64,000 bases of DNA from Lama glama (Eukaryota): NCBI GenBank assembly GCA_028534125.1, contig CM052832.1, positions 11,596,001 to 11,660,000 of the forward strand, written 5' to 3'. The notes under the pieces are model-generated. The model worked only from the letters and a program-made list of their open reading frames with translations. It searched no databases and was not told where the DNA came from. A program made the translations under genes and the position numbers. Shown one piece after another: positions 62,988 through 64,000 of this stretch (position 1 is the stretch's first letter; every line of letters begins with the position of its first letter).

Positions 62988-64000
62988 GTAAGTCTTCTGG
63001 GACCTTCAGCACACCCACTTCCATGCCCTAGCTCCCCAGAACCTTGTAAGAGTCCGGCTCTGGTCACATGGCCTTGCTGAGATGAAAATCAGGCCAGTTG
63101 CACTCTGTCCTTTTGACACTTCCTTGGGGATTTAGTAAGTCCTTGGTAACTGGCCATCCTTGGGAGGCTGTTCCAGAAGTCCTGACCTGGGCTCTTGGAG
63201 TAGAAACAACACAGCTTGATAGCCAGAGCCGTGCAGGTAGCTGAACAGGCTGCTCACTGCACAAACCCAGCCAATGCTTGCTCACCAATCTAGGTGTCTG
63301 TATTCTGGTTACCTATGGCCGCATAACTAACCACCCCAGAAGGTAGGGGCTGAAAACACAACTTACAGTCATTCGCCACTGTGTGGGTTGACTGGGTTCA
63401 GCCAGCTGGTTCTTGTTTAAGGTCTCTAATGTGGCCATCAGGGTGGCTGGGGTTGTGGGCATCCAAAAGCCCAGATGGCTGGACGTCCAGGATGGCCTCT
63501 TCTATGTTTGACAGTTGATGCTGGCAGTTGGCTGGGAGCTTAGCTGGGGATGGAAACACAGTGGCTTGGGCACCTCACAGTATGGCAGCTGGGCTCCCAG
63601 AGGCCACAATCCCCAAAGTAAGCATCTCACAAGATCAGTTAGGACTTAGCAAGCATTGACTTGGCATTCTAAATTGCACAGTGGTTCCATGTGGACTCAT
63701 GGAGAACTTGCTAACGGTGGAGGCTTAGTCCACTTCAGGGAGCTCCCAGTCTGATAGAGGACATAGCCCACACCATCATAATTGCTACTAATGATCATGA
63801 TCATACTGCGGTCAAGGGAAATTTCATTTATTGTGTTGATACTAGATCAATGTCAAATGATCTCAGAGAATGGGCTCTTCTCAAGCTGGGTGTCTGTGTG
63901 CGTGTGCGTGTGTGTGGTGAGGCAGGGGCCACTCCAAGTCTGGGTCCATCACCCCTGCCGTGGCCTGTTGGCCTCACACTTCTTCTCCTCAGGGTATGGC
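62988..64000 (+). other. KCNK5: KCNK5 intron 2 (partial, runs off the window)
   Basis: Starts GTAAGT; the expected next exon (YGNVAP...) is not seen before 64000. Confidence 0.88.
63299..63610 (-). mobile_element. Old MaLR LTR fragment (MLT1H/I/J-like) in intron 2
   Basis: TGTATTCTGGTTACCTATGGCCGCATAACTAACCACCCCA...GGTTCAGCCAGCTGGTTCTT...GGCAGTTGGCTGGGAGCTTAGCTGGGG...CCTCACAGTATGGCAGCTGGG. Confidence 0.65.

Overview
Mammalian genomic DNA, most likely a camelid (alpaca/camel), inferred from four copies of a tRNA-derived SINE resembling the camelid vic-1 family. The only protein-coding gene I can support is the 5' part of KCNK5 (two-pore K+ channel TASK-2/K2P5.1) on the + strand. It has a CpG-island promoter with an inferred TSS near 32943, coding exon 1 at 33283-33468, a 29.4-kb intron 1, exon 2 at 62876-62987, and the gene continues past the window end. 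The first ~32 kb is intergenic and rich in L1, SINE, LTR and DNA-transposon relics. I see no prokaryotic-type system, CRISPR array or true RNA gene. The most interesting observation is a single upstream AUG (33174) opening a frame that overlaps all of exon 1, together with a second AG 4 nt inside exon 2 that would splice that frame into the TASK-2 frame. Also notable are a degenerate 19-bp-period array of forkhead-like motifs (~18.8-19.1 kb), a pair of TFF1-type imperfect EREs (~5.5-5.9 kb) and a nested hairpin in a CpG/AP-1-rich patch (~12.9-13.6 kb). Repeat family names come from remembered consensus sequences and most repeat boundaries are approximate.
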